A DNA stretch of 64,000 bases from Octopus sinensis (taxonomy: Eukaryota): positions 21,390,001 through 21,454,000 of the forward strand of contig NC_043002.1 in NCBI RefSeq assembly GCF_006345805.1, written 5' to 3'. Each line of letters starts with the position of its first letter. Position 1 is the stretch's first letter. The position numbers and the translations under genes were made by a program. Positions 25,949 to 39,546 of this stretch are shown piece by piece. The notes under the pieces were generated by a model. The model worked only from the letters and a program-made list of their open reading frames with translations, did not search any database and had not been told where the DNA came from.

Positions 25949-28900
25949 GCACAGATATACACACTTATATACAAGCACATATATATACATATATGCTTAT
26001 CCATTACACACACACATATATTTGAATACGCCTCCCTCTCCTGATTGTTCTTTGAATTTAATATTTACCGCTGTTAGAAAATTTTCTTATGTAATTGCTA
26101 CTTTGTGTTGATCATGGCAGAATTTTGAACTGGCAACATAGTTTTCAAATTGAATATTGTAAAGTATTTTAATCTGTTAATTTGTTTTCTATACGCTAGA
26201 ATTATTAATGGCCAAACTGTTTTGCAGTATTTAGTTACGTCCCTTTCCGTTCTGAGTTCAAATCTTGAAGTTGATATTGTCTTTTTCCTTGTAGAGTAGA
26301 TAAAATAAAATACCACTCAAGTGTGTGTGTGTGTGGAAGAATTGATTGTACTACATCCTATAATATGCATATCATTGTGCTAGTGTTGGAAATTTTTGTT
26401 ATAACTCAATTAAATGGGAACGGTGGCAGAATCAGTAGAGAGAGAGAAAAGATGATTTATGATATTTCTGAGTTCAAATTCTGTCAGAGTCGTTTATATT
26501 TTTTTCATCTTACAAAAATTAATTTTCTTGTTTAGCTTGAAGTCAGTCCTAAAATTCCAGCCATCACCATCCTCCCTTATTCCTTGGCATAAGGAACCCA
26601 GTTCTATATTATCTAATGTATCCTTGCTTGAGATGCTTGTATGTGTGATTTGAGAGAGATTTGGCTGCTATTTCCTGCTGCTCAAACAGTTACATAAATG
26701 CTCCTTCATTACCTCATTCCTCCAAGTTTTTAATGTAGTTGATTCTTCAAGTGATTATCTCCCCCTTTCTCCAAGTTTTATATCTTTGTGTAAAATTACA
26801 TCATCTTTTGAATGGCAACCAAAGGAAGGAGTTGAATTAAATGTTTGCATCATATACTTTCAAACCTCTGTGTTCTAAGTTCAAGTCTATGACCAACTTT
26901 TTCTCTAAGCTACATACTGGTTACATACCGGTTTGATTTTGATGCAATCAACAACTGTTCTTTCCTGGAAGTTTGTCTAATGTACCACCATTTGGTTGAA
27001 TCAGTAGAATGTTGGACAAAATGATGGTAGATTGACAGAATCAGCAATTCTATTGAATTTATTCCTAAGCAAAATGTAACGGCCGTCAAAGTGATGACAT
27101 AGGCTGTTGTAGCCTCTAATGCACAGAGGAAAAGTGTCAAGGTGGATTGTAACAGAAAGTGACATTGGCATTTCTCTAATCATCTATTTTTTTGAGAAAT
27201 TTTATATAGCATGCATATGCTATCCACTAAATGTCTTGTTGCGACAATACTTTGTTGTAAGTGCATGGAGAGTTGACAAGAGAGTGTTGTATTGGTATGG
27301 CCACTGTAACAGCAGAACTCTTGAAGTTTTATAGATTTATAAACCAAATAAGTCATTTGGATTTGATGCACAGGTTTTCATGAAGGTGATTTGTCATTGA
27401 TAAGGTGGTTTTAATGATAGTGTCTTTGAAGCACTAAAGGGTCAGGGTTCTCATCACAGGGTGATGTGATCTGCTATAGGTACCATGTAAACCAGTACTA
27501 CCTGTTTCATGGTTGAGTGGTCAGTGACTAAACCAGTTCCCTTAATTGAGTAGCTTGTGAGGAGGGTGTTGGGAGATCCAGCAGCTCTCTAAATGAGACC
27601 AGTTGAAGAATGGATGAGCTCCTTGTAGGCTTACAGCCATCCAGTTTGGGAAGGCAATGGCAAACCATCTCAATATTGCTGCCCATAAAACAATATAAGG
27701 AAGTCAGAAAAAAGTAATGTTATAATTTCATCCAGTGGGAGAACTCCTGCTTGATAATGAGGACTTTTGTGTAGTGTTGTTAACCCTTTTGTTACCGTAT
27801 TTATTTTGAGATGCTCTGTGTTTCTTTCAATTAATTTTAAATACAACAGAGAATTAAGTAGAATGACTTAGTTATCATTAAGCTGGTATTATGAACATAA
27901 ACTTTGACTAAGGCTTGGTGAAAGATTTTCATTCAAAACTTCTGCAAACAAGACATTTGTACTACAGAGTCAGAGGTGGTTTCAACTGGGTTGGTATCGA
28001 AAAGCATATAATACATGATGGCAACATTGTAGTATATCATTAGTCTTCAGGTGCAGAAATCTTCGAAATCCCTTTGAGATTTCTGCACCCTAATAGAAGT
28101 GAAAGACATTTGAACTATGTTGGTGTTGTTGGCAAAGACACATATGAAACTGAGGACTCGCCAAAAGTTAATGGAGAGTGCGAAGTAGATTTCTGAGTCA
28201 GCATGGTAACATGCTGAAAAGCTGTTGTGTTCACTTTTCGTTTATTTCTATTTGTGACCTGGGCACTGATGCAATTCCTCTGCATCACTTGAAACTCAGT
28301 TCATGGAGAGTTTTTATAAAATTCAGGGTGAAGTTTCTTCCTTTTCTTTTTTCTCTCTTTTTGTTTTATTTCGTTTGTCTCTTTTCTTACAACTGTAAGT
28401 ATGTCATTATTCGTTTGGCTGTATGCCTGTTTTTCCATGCTGGTATGGGTATGACAAAACTTGTTGAGGTAGATTTCTCTGCAACCAAATGTTTTTCCTG
28501 TCATCAACCCATACCTGTTTACCAAGCCAGGTATTCATTTATTCTATTCGTTCACACACATAGAAAGCTGGAACTATGGGACTGATTGCATACCTGTGAC
28601 CTTATACAAACCTGTTTTTGTTCAGATGTTATTAATGAGGACATATGAGATGACAGCGACACACACACACATGCTGTAACCTCTCAACACCTACCTTAAA
28701 GCCACTTCCCTCTCTATTATACCTCCACTCAGTCAAAATGCTCTTTCGTCAAAGGACAACTTTAGTAGTGCTGATGCTATGAAAAACAGCACCTAACTGG
28801 CATTAGGAAGTGCATCCAGTATTAGAAACCTTTCCTAAGCAGACATTGGAGCATGACACAGCCTCATGACTAGTCAGATGTTGCCAAACCATCTTACTCA

Positions 28901-29418
28901 TGCCACTATGGAAAATAAACATTAAATGGTGATGATATATATACATGTGTGTGTGTACCTGTGCACAAAGATATAATGGGCTTCTCAGTTGGTTTAGAAT
29001 ATCAAGTAATTATTTTGTTTTGGTTAGTTTTCCTCAAAATAAGAAGCTCTGACAAAAGTTAAAAGTGTATTTGTTGGACATGAAATGAAAGATTTCTGCA
29101 AGTAGTCCAATTGCAAAACGGCATTCTAGTAGATGTTATCAACATTTTTAACAGAAGTTATTTTTGATGAAACAAGAACTACAAAATCACCCAACCGAAT
29201 CATCATCATTGTTGTTTAATGTCCACTTTCCATACTGTCATGGGTTGGACAGTTTGACTGAGAACTGGAAGGCTGCACTAGGCTCCAATCTGCTTTGGCA
29301 AGGGTTCTACAGCTGGATGCCCTTCCTTACATCAACCACTCTGAAAGTGTAGTGGGTGTTTTTTATGTGCCACTGGTACGGGTGCCCATCAGGTGGCAGT
29401 GTCATCCATCTAGGATAC

Positions 29419-29481
<63 letters not shown>

Positions 29482-29686
29482 TACACAAACACTAGTGGCT
29501 GTATGGTTAAGAAGTTTGCCTTCCAACTATGTGGTCTTGGGTTCAGTTTCACTACAGAACACCTTGAGCAAATGTTTTCTACTATAGCCCTGCTGATCAA
29601 AGCCTTGTGGGTGGATTTGGTACATGGAAACTAAAAGAAGCCTCTATGTGTGTGTGCATGCGTATATCTATACATACATACATATA

Positions 29687-29725
<39 letters not shown>

Positions 29726-30236
29726 TGTTTGTAACAATGCAGTAAAGATTTTCCTGATGTTCTCTTGGAAAACACATAATGGTGAAACATGCACAAGAAC
29801 TGTAAATTTGTGTTTATCGTCATCTCACGTGTGTGTGTGTTTGTGTGTGTTTAGGCAAATGATGGAAAATAGAATTAACATTTTTTATTTAGAACTACTA
29901 CAATTATTTTGACAAATTCTTACACTTCTGGTACATAACTATTTATTTGCATGTTTATACATACATTTGTGTGTGTGTGTCTCCTTGTCTTAACATTTCA
30001 TGATAGTTGTGAATAAGTATCACTTTCATACAAGCTAAATCGTTTTCATTTTCAATATTTTGCAAAGACCTGCCTGGCTATGGGGAAATGCTACTTTGCT
30101 TGGCAAATGATGAGGGTTGGCAAAAGTAAGAAGAAATTGCGCATAGAAAATATGCTCAATAAACTCTCTCTGACACATACAAGCATGGCAAAGAAGAATT
30201 GTAAACAATGATGTTTGTGATTTTACATATATGTAT

Positions 30237-30282
<46 letters not shown>

Positions 30283-30554
30283 CAAAATGGGACAAGAACG
30301 CAAAACATCCAGACAGCTAGCTGATACAAAGAAAACTAGGATGCGTCAATCGAAGTTATATTTCCTCAGTCAAGCACCAGATTATCCTTGCAATTTTAGC
30401 TGATTATTCTTGACATTGCTCCAATCTGGCCAGTCCCGAGGAAAAACTAAGCTAAGAGCATTAGATTCCTTGAAAGAAAGCAGTGAATGTATACAAAAAC
30501 AAGGAAGGAAAAAACAGACAATGTTACACAAATATAAAAATAATAACAGGACAT

Positions 30555-30589
<35 letters not shown>

Positions 30590-31190
30590 TATGGCTGAGG
30601 GATCTTTCATCTTCTACACCTTTTGCAAATTGTCTTGTATCAATGAGGTTGTCTAGCTTTAGCCTCATTATCTCTGATCACTTGGCTATGAAGAGTGGTA
30701 TACACTTCACGTAGTATTCATAACTAGTCATTTATCTTATTTATTGGTCTGTATAACATTTATTCAGCTTGTGTGTCCCCCAAATGAGAAACAGATTCTC
30801 GTTATTGTTATCATTTTTTCATTGCATTGGTTGGATGGGTGTTTTGTCATCACTCACAGATGCATATATATGTATATACATGCATATACACACACACATC
30901 TCCAAAGTACTAAATTTGAAGTTCAATTCAGAGGCCATGTAAGTGTGTGTGTGTGTGTGTACACATGTTGGTGTCATGTTGTCTTGACATCACATCGTGA
31001 TTTTTGTAAATGTTTGTCATTCATTTCCAATATTCTGTAAAAACATGTCTGGCCAAGGGGAAATGTTTCCTTGCTTGCAAACAAGTAAGGACCAGCAACA
31101 TGAAGAGCATCTACCTGTAAAAACTCTACCTTAATGAACTCCATCTGACCCATGAAAGCATGAAAAAGTGGATTTTAACACAATGATGAT

Positions 31191-31227
<37 letters not shown>

Positions 31228-31506
31228 TCCCCTCTCTCTCTCATATATATATATATACATACATACATATATATATCGTGCCAGCCTCCCCTGGCACCTG
31301 TGCCGGTGGCACGTAAAAAGCATCCACTACACTCACAGAGTGGTTGGCGTTAGGAAGGGCATCCAACTGTAGAAACACTGCCAGATCAGACTGGAGCCTG
31401 GTGCAGCCTCCTGGCTTTCCAGACCCCGGTCGAACCGTCCAACCCGTGCTAGTACAGAAAACGGACATTAAACGATGATGATGATATATATGTATGTATG
31501 TGTGTG

Positions 31507-31539
<33 letters not shown>

Positions 31540-31889
31540 TTCCAAAGTACTGGGCAGTAATCCAATGTGGTGTTCAGAGTTGGAGTTACAAGGTTGAATC
31601 CAGAGGCAGTATAAGTGTTAAATATATGGTGTAAATACATACATATGTACATGTGTGTGTATATATATATATATACTGTATACATATATATTGTATGTAA
31701 TTGTAGTTAAGACATTTGTTTGGCAAACACTCGGTTTCAATATTGTGCTAGTGTCTTCTACTACAGCCTGGTTTAATCGATACCTTGTTAGTGAAATTTG
31801 GTAAATAGATTCTCTACAGAAGCTTGTCTTGTGTGTTTATGGGGTGTGCACATATCTAAAGCCTTATATATAGATATGTACACATAGAA

Positions 31890-31950
<61 letters not shown>

Positions 31951-32999
31951 ATATATGAGTGTGTGTGTGTGTTTCTGTTTGTTTTTGCATTGATGTTACA
32001 TGGACAAGGATGACATTTATAATCTGCAGCTCAGCTTGCATGCAAAAACAAGCTGAATAAAGTACTTTTATTTGCAAAAAAAAAGATAATAAAAATAAAG
32101 GTTGGTATGAGGAGAGGCATCCAGTTGTAGAATACTGCCTTGGAAGGTCTTTCCTTGTTCATAGCATCGTGGAAAAAGTAGATCTAAAAATGACAACGAT
32201 AATGCATGTGTGTATATATATTTTTTATTCTAGGCACCAGGCTCAAAAATTTGGGGAGGTGGGAGCCAGTCGATTAGATCGACCCCACTACACAACTGGT
32301 ACTTAATTTATCAGCCCCGAAAGGATTAAAGGCAGAGCTGACCTTGGCAGAATTTGAACTCAGAACGTTAAGATAGACAAAATATTGCTAAACATTTTGC
32401 CTGGAGTGCTGATGTTTCTGCCAGCTCGTTGCCTTGGGATATGTTGATATTGACAGTAACCTTAGCTGACGAAGATGTCAATGTGAAGTGTGGATGAAAT
32501 TTGAAAATTTCTATGCTTTATATCATGAAGAGGTTTGACTGATATTTGTATTAGTTTTGCAGTATATTCTGGTTCATTCTAAGCATATGGTGAGACTTGT
32601 AAGCTACTGTCAAATATCCCCTTAGGATATAAAGTTATGTTGCTATATATATATATATATTGAACAATGAAAATGAGTGCTCAACACTGCTTTAGTAGAT
32701 AAATATTTATTTGTGGGTTAACGAGGTCACATATGGATGTTGGTACTCATCACCAAGATGGAGATGAATATCAATGTCTCCCTGTGGCAGACTTGATAAT
32801 TGCTGAGAGTTCTCTGCATAAAACTAATAGTAGCCTTGTTAACCCACAAAAGTATGTGTGAGGGTGTGTATATGTACACACACACACACACACACAGACA
32901 CACTTACGTACACATGTATACACTCACATACATGAACTTCTGTATGCTATTGATCTAATCCTTACTGTTGAATCTGTACTAGAATTAGAGAAGAAATTC

Positions 33000-33710
33000 T
33001 AAATGTGCATGTAGAACCTAGAATCAAGAGGCTTCAATATAAACTTAGCACTGATTAATGTGTTTGCAAGTAGGACTCTCAGGGTAATGGCCATAAGTGA
33101 TATGCTGATAAAGGGGTAAGTAGTAATTCTGTATGGTTTATCCAAAACTTTTATCATAAGAGATAAACCACAGATGCTACAAGAACTGTAGAGAAGCCAC
33201 ATGCATTGTAACAAAGATAAATTTTATCTCAACAGTAAGCACTAAGAACACATATGAAGCAGGGCCTCTTGAATGTATTTGATAACTTTTGTTACCTAGG
33301 TCACTTAATTTACAGAGGAGGTGGCTACTTTGAAAGTATTATAGCTAGAATAAGAATGAGTTGAAAAAAGTTCAGGGGGCCTTTTCCTCTGCTTGTAACA
33401 TGAGGTTTCTCTCCCAGAGCGAAGGGGTAGATTGAACAGTGTCTGTGCACAAAGCACATTGCTTCAATGGTAGTGAAATGTGGGCCTTGAATGCAGTAGA
33501 TTTGTGAAGGTTAGAGAGTAATAAATCCAGTAAGCTTCACAGAGTGTGTAATGTTGGTGAGCATGAACAATGAAGTATAAATGAGCTGAGAAAAAGCAAA
33601 AATTTGAATATGATAGAAATCAGATGTAGTGTGCAAGAGAGAAGATTCTGGTTGGTATAGGTATTAGATGTATCTGGCAGATGACAATTGTATGAAGAAG
33701 TGCATAGTTC
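33000..33710 (+). mobile_element. Decayed RTE LINE, RT C-terminal region
   Basis: DNFCYLG (~33282) and EMWAL (ETWAL-like, ~33475) motifs, with many stops. Confidence 0.6.
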
Positions 33711-34449
33711 TAGACTATCATTAACTTCTATTCAGAGCTAGATGTTGCCAGTTAACAGTTTAATGTTTGAATACTTAAAGTTCTGTTGTGACATTATGAA
33801 ATATTTTTTTTGGCTTGTGCTTGGAACACTAACTGAGAACTAATTACCATAACTGTTTTGGAAGTTTAAAAGTCATCAAGACAAATGACATGATTAACCC
33901 AACACATATGATATTTAATAAGGTGGGTGGGCTTTTATTCTGAGATAGTCTACTTTTTCCAGCAACTTTGTGTCAGTTGTAAAAGATTTTCAACTTACGC
34001 TTCATGTATGTCTTAAACACTTCTGGTGGAATCATTTGAGGATTTTGATGTGTTGTTGATATGGTATCCATGTTTCAGAAAATGTGATGGTGCAAGCATT
34101 GTGGATATGGTTTTTCCAGAATAAACCACAGATGCTACAAGAACTGTAGAGAAGCCACATGCATTGTTACAAAGGTAAACCCTATCCCTACAGTATGCTC
34201 TAAGAACAAATATGAAACAGGTTCCCTTAAATACCTCGATGGCCATCTTAGATGGTACCAGCATTGTAGATACAAAACTTAATGAAAAGTTTCACATCCT
34301 TGCTTGATAGGATTGATTTATTAAGCCTACTTAATCCTCAGGTTGATCTCAGAATCTAGGGTTTCTATCATATGTGTGCATGTGTATTTATATATTAACA
34401 CACACACACACGCACTTGCAAATATACATTCAAACATACACATACATGT

Positions 34450-34920
34450 GATGAGTAGCATAACCAGAGATCAGTCTTCATTGCATATTCCCATGGGTTC
34501 CTCAGTCTTCCTCTTCTGAAAGCTCCTACTTTGATCTCTTGGCAAATCTCCCAATTCTCATCCTTCATCCACATCACATGTCCACATCAGTGCTGTCTTC
34601 TCTCTTGCATGCTACAAACTATCTCTGATATCAGTTTTTTTTTTCTCTTGGCTCATCTTTCTATCATTGTTCATGCATACAAACATTACACATCCAGTAC
34701 TGCTAACTCTCTCCATTTCTTCCCAGTTTTCTCACATCTCCCACAACCAATGCCCATCTTCTCTATCATGGAATATTGCACTTTGTACATAAGCATGGTA
34801 AAATTTACCCCTCACTTGGAGTGAAATATTCCATGTTACCAACAGTGGTAATAGCAACATAAAACCTTTCCACTTCTCTTTACTTTGTTACTATGTTTTC
34901 ACAACACCCACCATCACTGC
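34450..34920 (-). mobile_element. RTE LINE 3' end remnant
   Basis: RRGRLRNPWEYAMKTDL resembles RRGRPRKTW...KxDL. Confidence 0.55.
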
Positions 34921-34923
34921 TGA

Positions 34924-35211
34924 TTGAGGGCTTGTTAAAAGCAATTGACAATAATTGTCTCTTAGATGAAGCCACTGATGTAAGGACGAGAAAGTCATGG
35001 AAATGATACTACAAGGATACTGAAGGAGGAGAATGTGTAAGAGAGGAAGATTATCCCAAACTTTGTTGGATCTACTTGGGATAATCTTCCTCTCTTACAC
35101 ATTCTCCTCCTTCAGTATCCTTGTAGTATCATTTCCATGACTTTCTCGTCCTTACATCAGTGGCTTCATCTAAGAGACAATTATTGTCAATTGCTTCTAA
35201 CAAGCCCTCAA
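34924..35211. repeat. 136-bp-arm inverted repeat with a 16-bp spacer
   Basis: 34924-35059 is the reverse complement of 35076-35211, with one mismatch seen. Confidence 0.95.
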
Positions 35212-35929
35212 AGCTGTTTAAAGAATTCATTTTAAAGAGGCTCTTACAGCTTAATTGTTCCTGTGCATGTTAGATAGGAAATCCTTTTTATCAACATGTT
35301 TTTTAACATATTGTATCCACTTTGCACTCATAGTTTACATTACAGAAAATCGAAATCGAATTGAACCAGCCAGGATCCCTGGTCTGGTGGTACGTAAAAA
35401 GCACTATCCGACTCGTGGCCGTGGCACGTAAAATACTCCAATGCGACCGTACGACAGGCACCCTTGCCAACCCCCTTTGCTTGTGAAGACATGTTGGGGC
35501 AAGCGAAATCGAAATCGAATTGAACCAGCCAGGATCCCTGGTCTGGTGGTACGTAAAAAGCACTATCCAACTCGTGGCCGATGCCAGCACCGTCCATCTG
35601 GCTTCCGTGCCGGTGGCACATAAAATACACCAATCTGACCGTGGCCGTTGCCAGCCCCGCCTGGCACCTGTGCAGGTGGCACGTAAAAAGCACCCACTAC
35701 ACTCACGGAGTGGTTGGCGTTAGGAAGGGCATCCAGCTGTAGAAACATTGCCAAATTAGACTGGAGCCTGGTGCAGCCTTCTGGCTTCCCAGAACCCCGG
35801 TCGAACCGTCCAACCCATGCTAGCATGGAGAACGGACGTTAAACGACGATGATGATAGAATTCCCATTTATTACATTTCTGGATATTAAGCAGATTGTTG
35901 TAGAGATTTGTGTTTTAGCATGCTAATTG

Positions 35930-36775
35930 AAAGTTTTGCATTTGCTAGGTTTTCTTACTTTTATGTTTCTCAATTTTAGGCTCTGCTTCCATGTTTGGAA
36001 CTTTTCTTGCTCCTCACCTACTTTCTTATGGCCTGAAGAACTGTATTAAAATGGGGAATCAGAACTGAGCTGTGATAGACGCTTACCTGCACATTAAATT
36101 AAACATCTCGCTGAACTTCTAAGTCTATTCTTACTGACAGCATCATTGTATATTGCTTGAGCAACCCACTTAAGATATTCATCTACAGGTAATTTTCTTA
36201 GCAGCCACCAGGTTATAGAACATGGTCAAAGAATACTCAGTAAAATAGCTTTCTCTTAGCTAAGAACGTTTACTGTAGTTGTTTAGACAAGATAATCGGT
36301 TATACTCTGTCCTGAGACAACTGAACAGTGTCCCATCTAAGCTAATTCTCTGCCTCTGTAGCTTTTTCATTACACTTTTTGTTACATTGCCTTCATAACC
36401 TGTTCCATCAAATTTATGAGGCTGTTGTAACTCTTTGCCCTTGTAAAAGTTGATGGTAATGCTGCTACACCATTCTCTACCACCAAATCTTTGGCCAAAT
36501 AACAATAACAACTTGATTTACTATTTGAGTGACTTGTCTATATTGTACATTGCCAGATATTTTCAACATCTTGATGATTATATCTGACAGTTGTTTTTCC
36601 TGGTTCCATGCCATTCATAGCCTTTCATCACTAAACTACCAACCTGAATGCCTGGAACTTTTGTTGGATCTACTTGGGATAATCTTCTTCCCTTACACAT
36701 TCCCCTCCTTCAGCAGCAATTTGTAGTATCATTTCCATAACTTTCTCGTCCTTACATCAATGGCTTCACCATTAA
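35930..36775 (-). mobile_element. Decayed RTE LINE RT region
   Basis: REWCSSITINFYKGK resembles EEW..S.IVP.YKGKG; 36658-36770 is homologous to the right arm of the 34924 hairpin. Confidence 0.6.
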
Positions 36776-39010
36776 AATTCTATACACACCATTCACCAAT
36801 GACATCCTGATTCACACTGATGTACTATTTAACACCTTACACTTTTGGTTTGGTCCTCAGTGTGCAAAACATTGACAGGGCTCTTAGTTACTGCTCCTCT
36901 CATTGCTAAATATACACAACATCTAGCTTCTCTTCCAGTTAACTGATATCGTATATTACTCCATTCCTTTTTCTTTCTTTCCAGACCCTACATCTTGGCT
37001 TGTATGCTCTCTCTATTGTACCATTCCACAACCATATGACTCTGCCCAACCATGCATGCATGCATGTATACATACATGGACATGGCTGTGTCATTAAGGA
37101 ACTTGTTTCTTAAACATGTAGTTTTAGGTTCTGTCCAACTGTGAGGTACCTTAAGCAAGCATCTTCTTCTGGGCCAACCTAAACTTTGTGAGTAGAGAGA
37201 AACTAAAAGAAGCCTGTTCCATTGGTGTGTGTGTGTTCTTTTCTTTCAACATCATATGATGATAGTAACCAGGAATCACTATCATACTGATAATGTCATT
37301 TATTTCCAATCTTCATGGAAAAATATGACCAGCCATGGAGAAATAATACCTTGCTTGGTTTTGTGAAATAAAAATAATACCTTGTGGTTTTGTGACAAAA
37401 AGGGCATCCGGCCATAGAAAATCTGCTTCATCAAGTTCTCTCTAACCCATTAAAATAATCACATACACACACACACACAAAGGCTTCTTTCAGTTTCCCC
37501 TTATCAAATTTCCTTACAAGGCATTGGTCAACCCAGAGCTACAGTAGAAGACACTTGTCTGAGCTGCTGTACAGCAGGACTGAACATGAAGCCACATACT
37601 TGAGAAGCGAACTTCTTAACCACACTGTTGTACCTGAGTCTAAAATGTGTGTGTGTGTGTGTGTGTTTAAGTGTGTTTGTGTCTTTTTGTCTTAACATGA
37701 AATACTAACTGTGAAAAAACATCATCATCTTACAAGTGATTATATTTGTTTGGAATCTCCCATGAAAATATACTTGGCCATTTGTGCTGCTTGTTCTCAA
37801 AACACTTGGGAGAAATATTACTTTGGTTTACTTAGAAACAGGTGTTAGGCATCAGGAAAACCATCTGGCTCTAGAAAATCCGTCATAATGAATTTCGTCT
37901 GACCATTGCAAGTATGTGAAAGTGGACATCATAATGGTGATCTACGTTATTAACCTGCCTAACTTCAAATTAAGTGTAAGCTCAAAATTAATTTACACTT
38001 CACGTCTCTCTGTAGTGACGTAGACCATGCCAACCATGACCAACCTATCGTTTTTGTACATCTGTGACTATATTGTGCAGTTTATCCTTTCTATTTATAT
38101 GGTACAGTGTGAATTCAAGGTGATTTGGCTGCTGTTTCTTGCAGGCTGAATGACCACACAGAAGCACCCTGACTGGCTTGAGCTGTGTCACATAACACCT
38201 ATTGTTTCTTTCTCCGTTATTTTTTCCTGCTGAGACTTGCTACAATAAAAGCACTTCACACTTTACTGGTGATTAACTGTAGAGGATATTGTACAACCAG
38301 ACAGTGTCATCTGCTGTGTCACTCCTACATTAAGCACACTCCTCTACTGCCTCTATATCCAGATTTACTAAAATTTCTACAACTTTCCATTATGCCACCC
38401 ACTGTCTCTCTCTCTCTCTCTCTCCCCTTGTTTCTTTCTCTGGTTATTTTTACTATAATTTTCTTTCCTCTTACATTTTATGTCTCTTACACTCTTCCTT
38501 TCAATCTGTATCCCCTTCTCTCTCTTTTTTTCTTCTTCACTCTCTGTCCTTACCCTGTCTCCATCACCCTCTTTTTGCTTCGGTATTGCATCCTTCTTTC
38601 TAATTCCTCTTTCTCTCTTTTGATTTTCATTTCTAACTCTCTATTGCCTGTTCTCTTATATTGCCCTCTTTCTCTCTCTCTCTCCATTGCCTTTCCATCT
38701 GTCTCTTTTTCTCTCTCTCTCTCTCCATTGCTGTCTTCTTGTCTTCTTTCTATAACATTTCTTTTTCTTTATCTCTCAATAATTTTCTTTTTTCTCTCTC
38801 ACTGTGCTCTCCTTCCTTCTTTCTCCCCCTGTCCTTCTCTCTATCTATCCATCCATCCATCCAGCTAGCCAGCCGTCCAGGTCGGTTTCCATTGCTGTTA
38901 CCATTCCAGAAAACTCCTAGCTACCACACACGTATCTCCATGAGCAACAACCGCCCACCCAATTGTACATAAGGAGGCACATGCTCCCACATAATGACAC
39001 CCACTATGTG

Positions 39011-39037
39011 TTACATAAATACACACATTCTGTCACC
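39011..39037 (-). CDS. Candidate terminal coding exon (GDRMCVFM*, CAAX box)
   Basis: Strong acceptor ctccattcttcacttcgtacag followed in phase 0 by GGT GAC AGA ATG TGT GTA TTT ATG TAA, then unique UTR-like sequence. Unverified. Confidence 0.35.
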   Translation of the reverse strand, partial: GDRMCVFM

Positions 39038-39309
39038 CTGTACGAAGTGAAGAATGGAGTATAATTTAACAACACACCAACATTTTAAAACATACACAAA
39101 GATATAATAACATATATACATACACAGAAATTAATATTTTCTATTCAACTGATTTATTTCAACCACAAAGTCACAGCGAATCACAATATGTACATAGGGC
39201 AGCGAATAATACATTTTTGGTTGAGGGTCCATGACAAAACCCAAACTGGTAGCAGGTCATCAAGGACTCACTGGAGTCCTTGTGATTAGGAAAAAAAAAG
39301 AAAAGAAAA

Positions 39310-39511
39310 TTTTGGCACAGGGCTAGTAATTTTGAGGGAGGGAGGAAGTCAATTGCACTGACCCCAGTACTCAACTGGTACTTACTTTATCGACCATGAC
39401 ATGATGAAAGGCAAGGTTGAACTTGGTAGACTTTGGACTCAGAATATAAAGTCAGACGAAATGCGAAGTATTTTGTCTGGTTGCTAATGATGATTCTGTC
39501 AGCTCACTGCC

Positions 39512-39546
<35 letters not shown>

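Noticed and set aside
38185-38868. 227-aa hydrophobic ORF suggesting a membrane protein
   Set aside because: Derived from CT-rich low-complexity sequence.
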